A DNA stretch of 64,000 bases, from contig CAZZBK010000013.1 of NCBI GenBank assembly GCA_964652155.1, positions 19 to 64,018 on the forward strand, in the 5' to 3' direction. Below are positions 63,247 through 64,000 of this stretch, in pieces (the stretch's first letter is position 1; every line of letters begins with the position of its first letter). The notes beneath the pieces are model-generated. The model made no database searches and was not told the DNA's origin. It saw nothing but the letters and a program-made list of their open reading frames with translations. The position numbers were made by a program, and so were the translations under genes. This DNA is from an uncultured Planctomycetaceae bacterium. GTDB lineage: Bacteria > Planctomycetota > Planctomycetia > Pirellulales > PNKZ01.

Positions 63247-64000
63247 CTAGGTGATCGATTGAGCGAAGTACTGCTCCGCGCCGATGGGGTGAAATTTGGC
63301 CCCGGGGAGGACGGCTGATGCACGCGCCTGCATGGAATCTTGGTTACACTTTGCACGTTCGATTTCGTTGGGAGCGGCGTCTTTACCTGGTAGTGGTCGT
63401 GAAATGACGTTCACGAGTGGCGGTTTCTTGTTTTTTCCGATTCGGCCGTGGTAGGCCCTCAGCAACATCGCTCGGATCGAGTAATCTTCTTCCGGAAAAG
63501 AATAGCCGACGAAGACCCATTCATCGGCCTGCTGCAAGGCTTCCAACGAGTGCCGCCAAATCTCCAGCAGATTGCTGTCGCGCAAGTCTCGCACCAACGA
63601 GGGTGACACGAGCAACGGGCGCAGCGGGAAATGGTCGCAGTGACAGGTGGTATCTGAGCTTTCATCCCACATGGGTAGATCGGCAATATTCATCTCTGTA
63701 TTAATGTAGATCTGCGCACACAGGTCACACCGAACCCAATTGAACGAGCCATGCAATTTATACCAGCGGTATTTTGCCTGCTGACTCGCGGGGCGATCAA
63801 ATATTTCCAACTCTTTATAGACGCAACGCCAAGAGAATCCAAAGTCGAAGCGACGAGCGACTTCATGAGGCTCATATTCATCAAACAGTTCCTGCTCAAG
63901 CCAAGTATCATAATTGGTCGTAATCCACGTCAGGTTACGACGCGCTGATTGTCGTTTCACAAATCGCTTGAGCAACCGCAAGTACTTGTCTTGAGCAGGT
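63247..64000 (-). CDS. SIR2_2-type (sirtuin-like) NADase/deacylase-fold protein, 5' end beyond the window
   Basis: WITTNYDTWLE, YKLHGSFNW, Zn-ribbon-like CDLC...CHC and WVFVGYSFPEEDYSIRAMLL. The frame is open upstream of the TTG at 63981 to the window edge. By eye, AT content is visibly higher than in the neighbours. Confidence 0.75.
   Translation of the reverse strand, partial: PAQDKYLRLLKRFVKRQSARRNLTWITTNYDTWLEQELFDEYEPHEVARRFDFGFSWRCVYKELEIFDRPASQQAKYRWYKLHGSFNWVRCDLCAQIYINTEMNIADLPMWDESSDTTCHCDHFPLRPLLVSPSLVRDLRDSNLLEIWRHSLEALQQADEWVFVGYSFPEEDYSIRAMLLRAYHGRIGKNKKPPLVNVISRPLPGKDAAPNEIERAKCNQDSMQARASAVLPGAKFHPIGAEQYFAQSIT

Noticed and set aside
1-64000. tRNA, rRNA and tmRNA genes
   Set aside because: No T-arm-like GGTTCGAATCC-type motifs or rRNA-like conserved stretches were noticed in any intergenic region. 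This is a by-eye scan and should be confirmed with tRNAscan-SE/Infernal.

Overview
GC-rich chromosomal segment that looks planctomycetal (Pirellulales-like). It carries two DUF1501 genes, a PSCyt2/PSD1 (DUF1549/DUF1553) gene, two sulfatases, PhoD, DUF1080 and many Tat/Sec signal peptides. About 45 protein genes are called. They include sdhCAB, hemA plus a ccsA-like gene, argH, uvrC, recQ, an orphan mraZ, two tandem Cys/Met PLP enzymes and several sugar-acid enzymes. No rRNA, tRNA or CRISPR array was recognised. Main points of interest: (1) A RAYT-type HUH transposase is bracketed by two near-identical 130-bp REPIN-like hairpin doublets; a third, diverged copy 36 kb away shows compensatory stem changes. 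(2) At least six further palindromic repeat families occupy almost every convergent gene junction. (3) A stand-alone CpaC-type secretin and two lipoproteins all carry long low-complexity tails, and an orphan Flp pilin lies 17 kb away. (4) A visibly lower-GC SIR2_2-like gene is cut by the right window edge. (5) A signal-peptide HEAT/pseudo-receiver protein is paired with a receiver-less sigma54 activator. (6) A DUF1501/PPC/PSCyt-PSD1 operon is headed by a small unknown gene. All family calls come from motif recognition by eye, not database searches. Many start codons were moved downstream of the longest-ORF start and remain provisional.
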